A program made the position numbers and the translations under genes. Below the pieces are notes generated by a model. It was not told the origin of the DNA and did not search any database. It saw only the letters and a program-made list of their open reading frames with translations. 64,000 nucleotides of DNA from Polyangiaceae bacterium. GTDB taxonomy: Bacteria > Myxococcota_A > Polyangia > Polyangiales > Polyangiaceae. The DNA is taken from assembly GCA_033763455.1 (NCBI GenBank), contig JANRKO010000006.1, positions 678,986-742,985 on the forward strand, written 5' to 3'. Shown in pieces: positions 18,516 through 28,700 of the stretch; positions within the stretch are counted from its first letter, which is position 1, and each line of letters opens with the position of its first letter.

Positions 18516-18578
18516 AAAACCTAATGAGGGTTCGACGTAAAAACCTAATAATGGTACAACTCAATAACCTTATGAGGG
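18516..18578 (+). promoter_or_regulatory. Three direct repeats with 24-bp period upstream of the Fic gene (putative operator)
   Basis: AAAACCTAATGAGGG (18516), AAAACCTAATAATGG (18540), ATAACCTTATGAGGG (18564) in an AT-rich patch ending 17 bp before the ATG. Confidence 0.65.
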
Positions 18579-18595
18579 CACACTGAGGACCCGCG

Positions 18596-20158
18596 ATGCC
18601 CACACCGCAAGAGAAGCTCGCACAATCGCTAGAGGCTCTGCATGAGCTGCAGGCGCGGGGCGTCGCCGCGATTCGTTCCGGCGCCCTGAGCCGCACCGAT
18701 CGTGAGCGGCTCTTGGCGAGCGGCTTTCTGATGGAGGTGATGAAGGGGTGGTACATCCCCTCGCGACCGGAGGAGGCCGCTGGCGATAGTACGGCATGGT
18801 ACGCGTCGTTCTGGGACTTCTGCGGCGCGTATCTCACTGACCGCTTTGGTCAGGAGTGGTGCCTCTCGCCCGAGCAGTCTTTGTCACTGCACGGGGGCAA
18901 CCGCTCTGTCCCCCGGCAGCTGTTCGTGCGTGCCCCAAAGGGCGGCAACAAGCCGCTTCCGCTGCCGCACAGTACATCCCTGTTTGACATGCGCGCTTCG
19001 CTTCCTGCCCGGCGCAAAGTGGTGCTGCTCGATGGCCTACGTCTCTTCTCTATTTCCGCGGCGCTGGTCGGCGCTTCTGAGCTTTTCTTCCGTCATGCTT
19101 CGACAGATGTTCGCGCAGCCATGGCAGCTGTCAACGACGCGTCAGACTTGCTGGCGTTGCTGCTCGAAGGCGGGCACAGCACGATCGCGGGAAGAATCGC
19201 CGGCGCCTTTCGCAGCACAGGGCAACAGAAGATTGCGGATGAGATCGTGAGAACGATGGAGAAAGCGGGGTACACGGTTCGAGAAAGCAATCCATTTGCC
19301 GACGCACCTCCAGCCCTACTGCAACCGCGCGATCCATCACCGTACGTCAACCGCGTGCGGCTGATGTGGCAAGCGATGCGGGAGCCGGTCTTGGCAACCT
19401 TCTCTGCCGCGCCAGGCCTGCCGCAGAATAGAGATGCCTATCTCGAAGCCGTGGATGATCTCTACGTCAGGGACGCCTATCACTCGTTGTCGATCGAAGG
19501 CTATCGAGTGAGTCCGGCGTTGATCGAGCGCGTGCGGAGCGGGACGTGGAACCCGGACGTAAATCCGCAGGATCGCGAGAGTCGGGATGCCCTTGCGGCG
19601 CGGGGTTACTACGACGCGTTCGTCAGCGTCAAAGCGAGTGTCGCTAAGGTGCTTTCGGGCGGAAACGCGGGAAAGATCGGTCAGGATGATCATCGCGACT
19701 GGTATCGTCAGCTGTTTGGCCCGAGCGTAACTGCCGGACTCATCCGGGCGTCGGATCTTGCCGGCTACCGGAGTGGCCCAGTCTACATACGACGATCGAA
19801 GCACGTGCCTCCACCACGCGAAGCCGTGCGCGATTGCATGCCTGTTTTGTTCGAGCTACTCGCGGCCGAGGCTGAGCCCGCTATCCGCGTCGTGCTGGGG
19901 CACTTTCTGTTCGTCTACATCCACCCGTACCCGGACGGCAACGGCCGGATGGGTCGTTTCCTGATGAACCTGATGCTCGCGTCGGGGAGTTATCCCTGGA
20001 CGATCGTCCCGGTGGAACGCCGAGGCGACTACATGGCCGCTCTCGAAGCAGCGAGCGTGGGACAGGACATTCGTCCATTCGCGCGGTTCTTAGGCGAGCT
20101 CGTCGATGCCCGCCTTCACGGACAGGGAGCGCCCTCCGTGCCAACCGGCGGAACCTAG
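18596..20158 (+). CDS. Fic family protein with long N-terminal extension (AbiEi-like)
   Basis: Catalytic HPYPDGNGRMGR (codons from 19922); inhibitory SLSIEG (S/TxxxEG) at 19484-19501. Confidence 0.93.
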   Translation: MPTPQEKLAQSLEALHELQARGVAAIRSGALSRTDRERLLASGFLMEVMKGWYIPSRPEEAAGDSTAWYASFWDFCGAYLTDRFGQEWCLSPEQSLSLHGGNRSVPRQLFVRAPKGGNKPLPLPHSTSLFDMRASLPARRKVVLLDGLRLFSISAALVGASELFFRHASTDVRAAMAAVNDASDLLALLLEGGHSTIAGRIAGAFRSTGQQKIADEIVRTMEKAGYTVRESNPFADAPPALLQPRDPSPYVNRVRLMWQAMREPVLATFSAAPGLPQNRDAYLEAVDDLYVRDAYHSLSIEGYRVSPALIERVRSGTWNPDVNPQDRESRDALAARGYYDAFVSVKASVAKVLSGGNAGKIGQDDHRDWYRQLFGPSVTAGLIRASDLAGYRSGPVYIRRSKHVPPPREAVRDCMPVLFELLAAEAEPAIRVVLGHFLFVYIHPYPDGNGRMGRFLMNLMLASGSYPWTIVPVERRGDYMAALEAASVGQDIRPFARFLGELVDARLHGQGAPSVPTGGT

Positions 20159-20337
20159 CAGTCAGTGGGCGTCAAATGATTGGGTGTCGTGCTCTGCCGT
20201 GCTTCGCGCAAAGCTCGGAGTCCTCCCTCCCGACCCGGCGGCCGCTGTCAAAACGAGGCCCGAACTCGAACCTGCGGCCCCCCAAAGGTTCGAAATCTGT
20301 GCGATGAGCGATCTGTGTGCGATGCTAGGAAGGCCGT

Positions 20338-21447
20338 ATGTCGCTCAAAATTGATCAAGATCATTCGCGCTTTCGCAACATTGTTCGCGGCAAGATCCGC
20401 CAGAACTTGAAGCGCTACATCTCTCAAGGGGAGATGATAGGCCGGAAGGGCAAAGATCTGGTCTCTATCCCTGTGCCGCAGATCGACATTCCAAGGTTCG
20501 TCTTTGGGGACAAGCAGAACGGTGGTGCCGGCCAAGGTGAGGGGGAAGTGGGGGAGGCGCTGGGCGGGGAGGAGCAAGAGGGGGACGGCAAGGGGAAGGC
20601 GGGCGAAGGCGCGGGCGAGCACATGCTCGAAGTGGACGTTACGCTGGACGAGCTAGCGGAGATTTTGGGTGAGGAGTTGGAGCTGCCAGCGATTGAGAAT
20701 AAGGGCAAGAGCCGCATTGTTGCCGCGCGCGATCGCTACTCGGGAATTCGCAGGGTGGGCCCCGAATCATTGCGGCATTTCAAACGCACTTACAAGGAAG
20801 CCTTGCGCCGCACCATCGCGGCCGGCACCTATACTCCCGACAATCCCATCATCGTTCCCCAGCGTGAGGATCGGCGTTACCGCTCATGGAAGGAAGATTT
20901 TGAGCCGGTGGCCAACGCCGTCATCATCTACATGATGGACGTTTCCGGTTCGATGGGGGACGAGCAGAAAGAGATTGTTCGCATTGAGAGCTTCTGGATC
21001 GATACGTGGCTGCGCCGGTACTACAAAGGCCTCGAAAGCCGCTACATCATTCACGACGCGGTGGCGCGTGAGGTAGATCGCGATACCTTCTTCAAGACGC
21101 GCGAATCTGGCGGCACCATGATCTCGAGTGCGTATCGCTTGTGTGAACAAATCATCGAACAGAATTACCCATTTGAGGAATGGAACATCTACCCCTTTCA
21201 CTTTTCCGATGGTGATAATTGGTCGATGGATGACACCCTCGCGTGCATTGATCTCCTGAAGAAATCGCTGCTCTCGCGCGTGAATATGTTCGGCTACGGC
21301 CAGGTGGAAAGCCCGTACGGCTCTGGGCAATTCATCAAAGATTTGAAGGAGCACTTTGGTAGCGATGAACGCGTCATCACGAGCGAAATTCGGGATCGCG
21401 AAGCGATTGTGGGGAGCATCAAAGACTTTCTAGGTAAGGGAAAATAG
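20338..21447 (+). CDS. DUF444 family (YeaH/YhbH-like) vWA protein
   Basis: [18 protein letters not shown], GxGxG-rich segment, [27 protein letters not shown]. Confidence 0.93.
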   Translation: MSLKIDQDHSRFRNIVRGKIRQNLKRYISQGEMIGRKGKDLVSIPVPQIDIPRFVFGDKQNGGAGQGEGEVGEALGGEEQEGDGKGKAGEGAGEHMLEVDVTLDELAEILGEELELPAIENKGKSRIVAARDRYSGIRRVGPESLRHFKRTYKEALRRTIAAGTYTPDNPIIVPQREDRRYRSWKEDFEPVANAVIIYMMDVSGSMGDEQKEIVRIESFWIDTWLRRYYKGLESRYIIHDAVAREVDRDTFFKTRESGGTMISSAYRLCEQIIEQNYPFEEWNIYPFHFSDGDNWSMDDTLACIDLLKKSLLSRVNMFGYGQVESPYGSGQFIKDLKEHFGSDERVITSEIRDREAIVGSIKDFLGKGK

Positions 21448-21448
21448 T

Positions 21449-23014
21449 ATGGTGGATTTTGGATCGCACACTTCGCTGCCGAAGTACCTTCGGGTTGAAC
21501 AGGAGAAAATTGCGGCAATTGCGCGCGATTACGGTCTCGATTTCTTTCCCGTAATCCTCGAGATGCTGAGTTACGACCAGATGAACGAGATTGCGGCGTA
21601 CGGCGGCTTTCCGAATCGCTATCCGCATTGGCGCTTCGGGATGGAATATGAGCGGCTCGCCAAGAGTACCGAATATGGGCTTTCAAAGATCTACGAGCTC
21701 GTCATCAACAATAATCCTTCGTATGCCTACTTGCTCGAAGGAAATAGCCTCACCGATCAGAAGTTGGTGATGTGCCATGTGTACGGGCACGTAGATTTCT
21801 TTAAGAACAATTTCGCCTTCCGCGCGACAGATCTTGATACGGTGGGGCAAGTAGTGGGTGCGCGCTCCACTAGCGGAGATAGTTATCAGCCCAACCGCAA
21901 GTGGATCGACAAGATGGCCAACCATGGAGCCACGGTGCGCAGAATCATCGATCGACACGGGATCGAGAAAACGGAAGAACTGATTGATGTTTGCCTCTCG
22001 CTGGAGAATTTGATCGATCCGTGGCTTCCCTTTGTGGTTCGGCGCCGCGATGAGCGCACCGAAGAAGAGCCGGGTGAGGTGGAGGTTCCGAAGCTCAAGG
22101 CTAAGGAATACATGGATGATTTCATCAACCCCGCGGAATACATGGCTGAGGAGAAGCGCCGCCTCACCCAAGAGCGCGACGACAAGAAGGGGAAGTTCCC
22201 CGCCCATCCCCAACGCGATGTGCTCCTCTTTTTGATGGAGAATGCTCCACTGGAACGCTGGGAGTTGGAAATTTTGGGAGCAATGCGCGAAGAGGCTTAT
22301 TACTTTGTGCCGCAGATGCAGACCAAGATCATGAATGAGGGTTGGGCGAGCTACTTCCACTCCAAGCTCATGACAGAGCGGGTGTGTGATTGGAGCGAGA
22401 TTGTGGACTACGCGGACAACAACGCGGGCGTGATGGCAACTTCCAAAGGGCAACTCAATCCTTACAAGCTCGGGGTGGAGCTCTTTCGGAACATTGAGGA
22501 GCGTTGGAACAAGGGTCGCTTCGGCCGCGAGTGGGAAGAGTGCGACGACCTCGACGAGAAGAAGAACTGGGATCTTCGCTTGGGGCTCGGCCGTGAAAAG
22601 CTATTCGAGGTGCGCGCTATGTACAACGACGTTACCTTTATCGATGAATTCCTGACGCCAGAATTCTGCATCGAACATAAGCTGTTTTCGTTCGGTTGGT
22701 CTAACCGCAATGAACGCTACGAGATTGAGTCGCGTGAGTTCCACAAAGTCAAAGATAAGCTGTTGTCGCAGCTGACCAACTTTGGTAATCCCGTGATTTG
22801 CGTAGAAGACGCGAATTTTGAGAATCGCGGCGAGCTTTTGCTGCGGCACGAGCATCGCGGCATTGATTTGCGTATGGATTACGCCAAAGAGACCCTGGCC
22901 GCGTTGGTGCGCCTCTGGAAGCGCCCGGTGTGCCTGCTCACGCAGGTTGAGAACAAGAAAACGATTTTGCGGTTCGACGGCAAAGAACACACAAGCAAGA
23001 GCGAAGGTGCGTAA
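21449..23014 (+). CDS. SpoVR family protein (YcgB-like)
   Basis: [60 protein letters not shown]. Confidence 0.95.
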   Translation: MVDFGSHTSLPKYLRVEQEKIAAIARDYGLDFFPVILEMLSYDQMNEIAAYGGFPNRYPHWRFGMEYERLAKSTEYGLSKIYELVINNNPSYAYLLEGNSLTDQKLVMCHVYGHVDFFKNNFAFRATDLDTVGQVVGARSTSGDSYQPNRKWIDKMANHGATVRRIIDRHGIEKTEELIDVCLSLENLIDPWLPFVVRRRDERTEEEPGEVEVPKLKAKEYMDDFINPAEYMAEEKRRLTQERDDKKGKFPAHPQRDVLLFLMENAPLERWELEILGAMREEAYYFVPQMQTKIMNEGWASYFHSKLMTERVCDWSEIVDYADNNAGVMATSKGQLNPYKLGVELFRNIEERWNKGRFGREWEECDDLDEKKNWDLRLGLGREKLFEVRAMYNDVTFIDEFLTPEFCIEHKLFSFGWSNRNERYEIESREFHKVKDKLLSQLTNFGNPVICVEDANFENRGELLLRHEHRGIDLRMDYAKETLAALVRLWKRPVCLLTQVENKKTILRFDGKEHTSKSEGA

Positions 23015-23039
23015 GCCACTCTTGGGTTGGGAGCTGTTC

Positions 23040-24227
23040 GTGCCGAATCCCCGGAAACTCCACTTACTCCCAGCAAGTGTGGCATTTTTGTGCTTTCTGT
23101 CGCTTTCCTGCGGAGCACCGCTTAAGCCCGCAGCCCCGCAAGTCACGAAAGCTCCGTCCGCCTCGGTCCCAGTCGCGCAGCCGTCTCTAGCGCCACCCAG
23201 CGCGTCGGTCGTCCAGGAGGGCCCCGCTCAGCCGAGCCCGAGCGTCGCCGCTAACGAGTCGCCGGAGGTTGGAACTGGAGAGCAATTGGCGCGTCAGGAT
23301 GGAGCTCCAGCGGATGAAAGCTTGAGCGCGGGTGATCGCGCATTTGAGGCCGAAGATTGGCGAGCTGCGCGCCGCGCCTTTGAGCGGGCCCGTTCAAAAT
23401 CGCCGCAAGATCCGGCTGCCTATGTTGGCCTTGCCCGGGTGCTGCTGGCCGAAAAGAACATCCCTTTGGATTTCGCAGCACGGCCCAAAGATCCTTCGGC
23501 GCATGCGGCACTCTCGTTGGTGGACAAAGCCCTTGCCAAGGATGCCGACTATGGGCTGGCCCAGCTGGAGCGTGGGCGAATCCTGCTCATCCTGGGTGAA
23601 GCGGAGCAGGCGTTGGTGAGTTTCTCGAAGGCACGGGCGCTCTTGCCGAAGAATGCTGAAGCGCATGGTGGATGGGCCGTAGCACTACTGGCGACCGGCA
23701 AGCCGAGCGAAGCCCTCGCGGGTTTCAAGGAAGCGGCACGTTTGGACGCAGGGAGCGCGGCTCGCCTTGGGAATCTCGGGACGGCTTACATGATGCTGGG
23801 GCAGGTGGGGGAGGCGCTTCGTGTTTATCGAAAAGCCGCACAAATTGCTCCAGATGATGCCCGGGTCCAGGGAGATCTCGGAACGGCCCTGCTCGCCCAG
23901 AATCAGCCGGCCGAGGCGTTGCCCTTCCTGGAGCGGGCTCATCGCCTTGCTCCGGATCATGCCACGTTTCTGTCGAACATCGGTTACGCTCAACAAGTGC
24001 AGGGACAGCTTGAGCTCGCCGTTGCGAGCTACCGGCAAGCCTTAAAACTTGACCCGAAGCTTGCCTCCGCATGGATCAATCTCGGAACTGCCTTGGCGCG
24101 CCAGCAGAAGTTAAGGGAAGCGGAAGTAGCGCTGAAGCGGGCGCTGGAGCTAGATCCAACCGATCCCCGCGCCAAAGTGAACCTCGAAGAGTTGAGAGCG
24201 CTCTTGAAACCTGGCGCTGCGCCTTGA
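23040..24227 (+). CDS. Tetratricopeptide-repeat lipoprotein
   Basis: Hydrophobic stretch ending LSLSC, Pro/Ala linker, many TPR units (A..NLG.A...G...EA...Y.KAL.L.P); start may be GTG 23007 or 23040. Confidence 0.88.
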   Translation: MPNPRKLHLLPASVAFLCFLSLSCGAPLKPAAPQVTKAPSASVPVAQPSLAPPSASVVQEGPAQPSPSVAANESPEVGTGEQLARQDGAPADESLSAGDRAFEAEDWRAARRAFERARSKSPQDPAAYVGLARVLLAEKNIPLDFAARPKDPSAHAALSLVDKALAKDADYGLAQLERGRILLILGEAEQALVSFSKARALLPKNAEAHGGWAVALLATGKPSEALAGFKEAARLDAGSAARLGNLGTAYMMLGQVGEALRVYRKAAQIAPDDARVQGDLGTALLAQNQPAEALPFLERAHRLAPDHATFLSNIGYAQQVQGQLELAVASYRQALKLDPKLASAWINLGTALARQQKLREAEVALKRALELDPTDPRAKVNLEELRALLKPGAAP

Positions 24228-24321
24228 TGCAGCGGGAATCCCTGCGCCTTGTGTTAGATTGCCTCTCTGGCCAGCTTCACGTGAATAAGATTGGGAGTGG
24301 CGGCCTTCGCTTGCGTGTTTC

Positions 24322-24831
24322 TCAGACTAGCGGTACTGCCTTCAATCGACGGCGTTTTGAGGCGCTCACTGCGTTGTCGAGGGCTTCGCCGAGTTCAATC
24401 ATCGTGGCAGGTTTGCCGACAATTCCTGCCAGCTTGCTGCGCAGCGCGGGATTTAGCCCTTCAATCTGGCCGCTGTGAACGACGCAAGTGAGGTTGGGAT
24501 GCACCGCGAGCGCGGCTTCGAGCAGCGCTTCTCCCCGCATTCCAGGCATATCGAGGTCGGTGAGCAAGACATCAAAGTGCTGCACACCAAGCTGTTGCAG
24601 GGCCGTAGCGGCGCTGGGTGCGGCCGTAATGTTCCAGTTGGGGCGCGTGGCTTTCAATACGCGCTGCAAAGTCCGCAGAATCAACGGATCATCGTCGACC
24701 GCGAGGATTTGTGGTTTGCCCGAAGCACTCGGGGGACGGCGAACCACGGTGCTTTCGGGGGGCAACGTTCCGAGAATCGGAGCCTCGACTTGAGTGGAAC
24801 TGTACGGATGCCAGATGAAGGTGCGTGCCAT
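24322..24831 (-). CDS. Response regulator receiver-domain protein
   Basis: ILAVDDDP, DVLLTDLDMPGMRG, VHSG, GKP. Confidence 0.85.
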   Translation of the reverse strand: MARTFIWHPYSSTQVEAPILGTLPPESTVVRRPPSASGKPQILAVDDDPLILRTLQRVLKATRPNWNITAAPSAATALQQLGVQHFDVLLTDLDMPGMRGEALLEAALAVHPNLTCVVHSGQIEGLNPALRSKLAGIVGKPATMIELGEALDNAVSASKRRRLKAVPLV

Positions 24832-25008
24832 TGGATTGACGCTTCTGCAAGACTTTGGCCAAAGGCTTGAGAGTTCCCTGATCGGCCTGTTTTGTCGCGG
24901 ATCTTGAGGAATCGTTCAAGGTTTGAACCACGACCGTCTCAGACAGCGACGGAACGGCGTGGTGCCAGGCGTCTCGCTCTGGGAAACGTGCGAAACCGAG
25001 ACGACTTT

Positions 25009-26325
25009 CTAATCCCGCGCCGCGGGTGCCGACGCGTTCAGCGAAAACTTCACCATGGTGCGTGCCTCATCGGTGCTTTTCCTACGCAGCCGTACCCAGG
25101 CGGTATTCACAGCGTTCAGCGTCCCGGTGAAGGCGTTGAGTCCCAATTCCTTGCCAGAATCTGTGGCCGTTAGGCTGGCCGTAACTCGGTACAAACCAGG
25201 CGCAGAGAACGCGCCGGTGGGGCAAAGTTCGACCATCCGATTGGGAACACTCATGAACTGCCCAGGTGCGAGCGTCATGAAAGCGTTGCGATCGGGAGCG
25301 CGGTCATCGGGCTCGGGCTGGCAGCGCACTCGGCCGTTTTCACCCAGCACGTTGAAGGTCAGTAGTTCGCGCCGAAAGAACAACTTCTGGGCAGCCCCGC
25401 TGCGATTTTTCAAACCGATATCCACGACCACTTGGGCTGCGTCAGTGGCATCGGAACCGTGTGGCAGGCTGAGCTCCAAAGGAGCCTGACCGTTATCCGG
25501 TATGGCCGGTTCGGCGTAGGCTTGGCTCAGAGCTAGCTGTGCGCTCAACACTTCTTTCATGGCCGTCGGATCAACGGGTGCAGCTCCGGTGGGGGCCTTC
25601 TTGGGCTTCGCTTTGGCAGCGGCCGCTTGGGCTTCGGGGGGAGCGGCCTCGCCCACTGCTGTGCTGCCTTGGGCGACAAAGGGGGCTTTCTGCTCGGGCG
25701 TGTATTCCTCGCGTTTGCCCTTCGTCCAACGAGTCTTTTTGAGCGTGGGCCAGCCAAAATGCGCTTCCACTAGTGAGCCAGGCACCAGCACGCTTTCGGT
25801 CGCTTCGCGAAAGCACAACCATCGGACATCAAACCGATAGAGGAGTGCCTCTCCACTCTGCAAATCGACTTGCTGAGTGGAGGATGTGTCAGAAGGACGC
25901 TCAGATTTCGGCGGGGCACACACAAAAGGCTCCTTTTTGCCCGGCACTTGTACGCGCAGCGAGAGCAGTCCGGGGTTCGCCTCCACTTGATAACTGCGCG
26001 AAGTACGGTTGGCCACCACAGCCACCCAGGGCTCGCTGGGTCCTTGCTCGATAATGAACAGCTCAAGGGCATCGGCCGTTGGCGCTTGGGCGTTAATCTG
26101 AACTTTTGATGCATCGATCGCTTCTTGGTTCAGGCGGCGTTCGCGGGCTTCGGACCGTTCCAGCACGTGAGGCTTCTGCACTTCGGCGGGCTTGGCTGGT
26201 TCTTTGCTAGGCGCCTCGGTGGGAGGCTCGGGGGCTGGGGTCTCGGCAGGGAGTGCTGGGTGCCCGCATGCCGTCAGCAAGAGGCCAAAAATGCCGAGAA
26301 AGGGAGGTCGCTTGCCAGATGCCAT
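25009..26325 (-). CDS. Hypothetical lipoprotein with two similar beta-rich domains
   Basis: MASGKRPPFLGIFGLLLTAC lipobox; Pro-rich linker; internal repeat. Confidence 0.75.
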   Translation of the reverse strand: MASGKRPPFLGIFGLLLTACGHPALPAETPAPEPPTEAPSKEPAKPAEVQKPHVLERSEARERRLNQEAIDASKVQINAQAPTADALELFIIEQGPSEPWVAVVANRTSRSYQVEANPGLLSLRVQVPGKKEPFVCAPPKSERPSDTSSTQQVDLQSGEALLYRFDVRWLCFREATESVLVPGSLVEAHFGWPTLKKTRWTKGKREEYTPEQKAPFVAQGSTAVGEAAPPEAQAAAAKAKPKKAPTGAAPVDPTAMKEVLSAQLALSQAYAEPAIPDNGQAPLELSLPHGSDATDAAQVVVDIGLKNRSGAAQKLFFRRELLTFNVLGENGRVRCQPEPDDRAPDRNAFMTLAPGQFMSVPNRMVELCPTGAFSAPGLYRVTASLTATDSGKELGLNAFTGTLNAVNTAWVRLRRKSTDEARTMVKFSLNASAPAARD

Positions 26326-26356
26326 GTTGCCGGGCGTAGCATAGCCCCCGCCCCAC

Positions 26357-27022
26357 ATGAATCATCTACCGCAGCCGTGGCCTTTAAAGCCCCGAGGGCT
26401 TTACCCGCTCATCGACCTCGATCACCTGCGTAAAATCTCCCAAGAGCCACTTGGATTCGCGCGCGCCGTGTTAGTGGCACGGCCCGCTGTGTTACAGGTT
26501 CGGGCGAAGGGCACGCCCCTCATGGAGACCTTGGGTGTGTTGCGAGCGCTCTTGCCCGAGTGTCGCGCTGCAGGTGCGTTGTTGTTCGCCAACGATCGCC
26601 CCGATCTCGCGCTCTTGGCAGAATGTGACGGTGTCCACGTGGGGCAGGAAGATCTGCCCATCGGGGAGGTGCGCAGGTTAGCACAAGGGTTGCGAGTTGG
26701 CGTTTCCACCCACAGCCTCGCTCAGCTTGAGGCGGCTCTCGCGCTCGAACCAGACTACGTCGCCTTCGGTCCCGTGTTCTCGACGCTCTCCAAAGAAAAT
26801 CCGGACGCCGTTGTCGGGCCCTCGGAGCTTGGCACCGCGTACGCACGCGCTCAAGCAGCGGGGATTCCTCTGGTGGCTATTGGTGGGATCGACCTCGCGC
26901 GCGCTCAAGAGATCCGGCAATCTACGGATATGGTCGCTGTAATCGGAGCTTTGTTAGGTGCCGCACCTTCACTCGCCGCGGTTACAGAGGCGGCACGAAG
27001 CTTTCAACGCGCCTTCCAATAA
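26357..27022 (+). CDS. thiE: Thiamine phosphate synthase
   Basis: LQVRAK, ANDRPDLA, DGVHVGQED, GVSTHS, DYVAFGPVFST.SK, VAIGGI. Confidence 0.93.
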   Translation: MNHLPQPWPLKPRGLYPLIDLDHLRKISQEPLGFARAVLVARPAVLQVRAKGTPLMETLGVLRALLPECRAAGALLFANDRPDLALLAECDGVHVGQEDLPIGEVRRLAQGLRVGVSTHSLAQLEAALALEPDYVAFGPVFSTLSKENPDAVVGPSELGTAYARAQAAGIPLVAIGGIDLARAQEIRQSTDMVAVIGALLGAAPSLAAVTEAARSFQRAFQ

Positions 27023-27030
27023 CACCCATT

Positions 27031-28041
27031 TTACGCGAGGGGAGCCGGCCCGCATTCGCGCAGCTTGGCCATCATCCACTCAAACGCCAGGGCCGGCTGC
27101 ATATTGGCCTTAACCCTACCCATTGCTTGTAACACCACCGCATGGGCGCTTGCCGCCGCCTCCGCACGGGATAGGTCCTCATTTACGGCGGAGCGCCCGA
27201 GGGCTGCAAGCTTTTCGCCTAGGAAATCCAAGCGCGCCAAAAATTGATCGCGATCATTGGGGCGATCAGCGGCAGCATCGAGCGCATGTGCGAGCGTCTT
27301 TGCAGCAAGCCCTTTGAGCGCTCCCTCAGCAAAGCTTTCATATTGCCCCAAGTTCTCGGCAGTTGCCAATTCGAACGCCAAGGAAGCGCTACCATGGGCG
27401 AGAGGCACCACATCGGTGCGAAGCCCTTGCGCCTGCAACAACGCCTGGATGAGCTCATCGCTGAGCGGGCGGAACCTGAGCGGTAACGTTCGCGAACGCA
27501 CGGTGTCGATCAGGAGGTTCGGCTGGCTGGTGAGCAGCACGAAGAATGTCTGCGGGTGCGGTTCTTCAAGCGTCTTTAGCAGGGCATTGGCAGCCGAAAT
27601 ACCGAGCTCGTGGGCATCCCGAATGATGATCACCAACGCTCGCCCCTCGTGTGGAGGCATCCCCGTACGCGTGAGGATAACCCGGCGCACCTGCTCAACG
27701 CTGATCCCCGTCGTTTCCTCGCGCCCCAGCAGGCTCTTGGGGTACACGCCGCGCCCCACAATCACGATGTCTGGATGCACTGGAACAATAGGTGCCGATG
27801 TATTCCAGGTCAGTGCACGATGACACGCGCTGCATAGGCCACATCCGCGGACTTCGGTGGACTCACACACGAGCGCCCTGGCCAGTGCCATCGCCACAAG
27901 CTCTTTGCCCACTCCTTCGGGGCCTTCGAAGCGGTAAGCGTGGTGAACACGACCCGCCGAAAGGGCGCGAGCCAGCGTCTCAATCGCCGTCTTTTGCCCC
28001 CGAATACCTTCGAAGGCGGGAGGCAACTCAGCTGGGCTCAC
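27031..28041 (-). CDS. holB: DNA polymerase III subunit delta'
   Basis: HAYRFEGPEGVGK, zinc motif C..CG.C.AC, HPD, AANALLKTLEEP, TVRSR. Confidence 0.9.
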   Translation of the reverse strand: MSPAELPPAFEGIRGQKTAIETLARALSAGRVHHAYRFEGPEGVGKELVAMALARALVCESTEVRGCGLCSACHRALTWNTSAPIVPVHPDIVIVGRGVYPKSLLGREETTGISVEQVRRVILTRTGMPPHEGRALVIIIRDAHELGISAANALLKTLEEPHPQTFFVLLTSQPNLLIDTVRSRTLPLRFRPLSDELIQALLQAQGLRTDVVPLAHGSASLAFELATAENLGQYESFAEGALKGLAAKTLAHALDAAADRPNDRDQFLARLDFLGEKLAALGRSAVNEDLSRAEAAASAHAVVLQAMGRVKANMQPALAFEWMMAKLRECGPAPLA

Positions 28042-28700
28042 GAAGCGGTAGTTGTGCCGCCAAGCTCGCGGCTCAGCATCTTCTGAAACATTTGGTAGGC
28101 GCCATCGGCATCCGCTGCCTCATCAAGGTAGCCCGCCACCGAAAGGCCATTGAGGGTTGCCCCAATGAGCGTGGAAAGCGCACGCTGATTGCTAACTTTG
28201 GCGCCCGCGCCCACGGCGTCGGCAATGGCTTCGTCAATCAGGGTATTGGCTTCACGCTGAAGCTCGCTTGCGCGTTTCTTTAGCTCATCATCACGCCGAG
28301 CGGCGCTCCATACTTCGATGTTGAGCTCGGAAAGCGTTGGGTCTGTACTGATCGCGTTCCACAGAGCACCCACAACGCCCACTGTACGGCTAACCCCCGG
28401 ATCGGTACCTGCAGCGGCAACCTTCACCTTGGCCAAGTACTTCTGGTAGGTGAAGCTCTGCACCTCGTGAATGAGAGCGGCTTTGCTGGCGAAGTAGTAG
28501 TGCACGATGCTCTTTCGGAGGCCGAGCTCTTTGCCAATTTCGGCAAGCGTCGTGGCGCTAAAGCCGCGACGAGCAAAGCACTTGGCGGCGGCGGCCAAGA
28601 TGGCTGCTACGCGGGGATTGTTCCAATCCACCGGACGAGCTGTAGCAGTTGATTCCCCAGATTTTTCGGAGGCCGAAGCAGTTTCAAGATTGTTCATCAT
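28038..28700 (-). CDS. TetR/AcrR family transcriptional regulator
   Basis: ILAAAAKCFARRGFSATTLAEIGKELGLRKSIVHYYFASKAAL HTH; ATG at 28700 or 28697. Confidence 0.92.
   Translation of the reverse strand: MMNNLETASASEKSGESTATARPVDWNNPRVAAILAAAAKCFARRGFSATTLAEIGKELGLRKSIVHYYFASKAALIHEVQSFTYQKYLAKVKVAAAGTDPGVSRTVGVVGALWNAISTDPTLSELNIEVWSAARRDDELKKRASELQREANTLIDEAIADAVGAGAKVSNQRALSTLIGATLNGLSVAGYLDEAADADGAYQMFQKMLSRELGGTTTAS

Noticed and set aside
20258..20293. Minus-strand GCAGGTTCGAGT resembling a tRNA T-arm (possible att-site remnant next to Fic)
   Set aside because: The 3' side of the T-stem does not pair (TCGGG instead of CCTGC), no cloverleaf can be built, and no matching duplicate or integrase is visible
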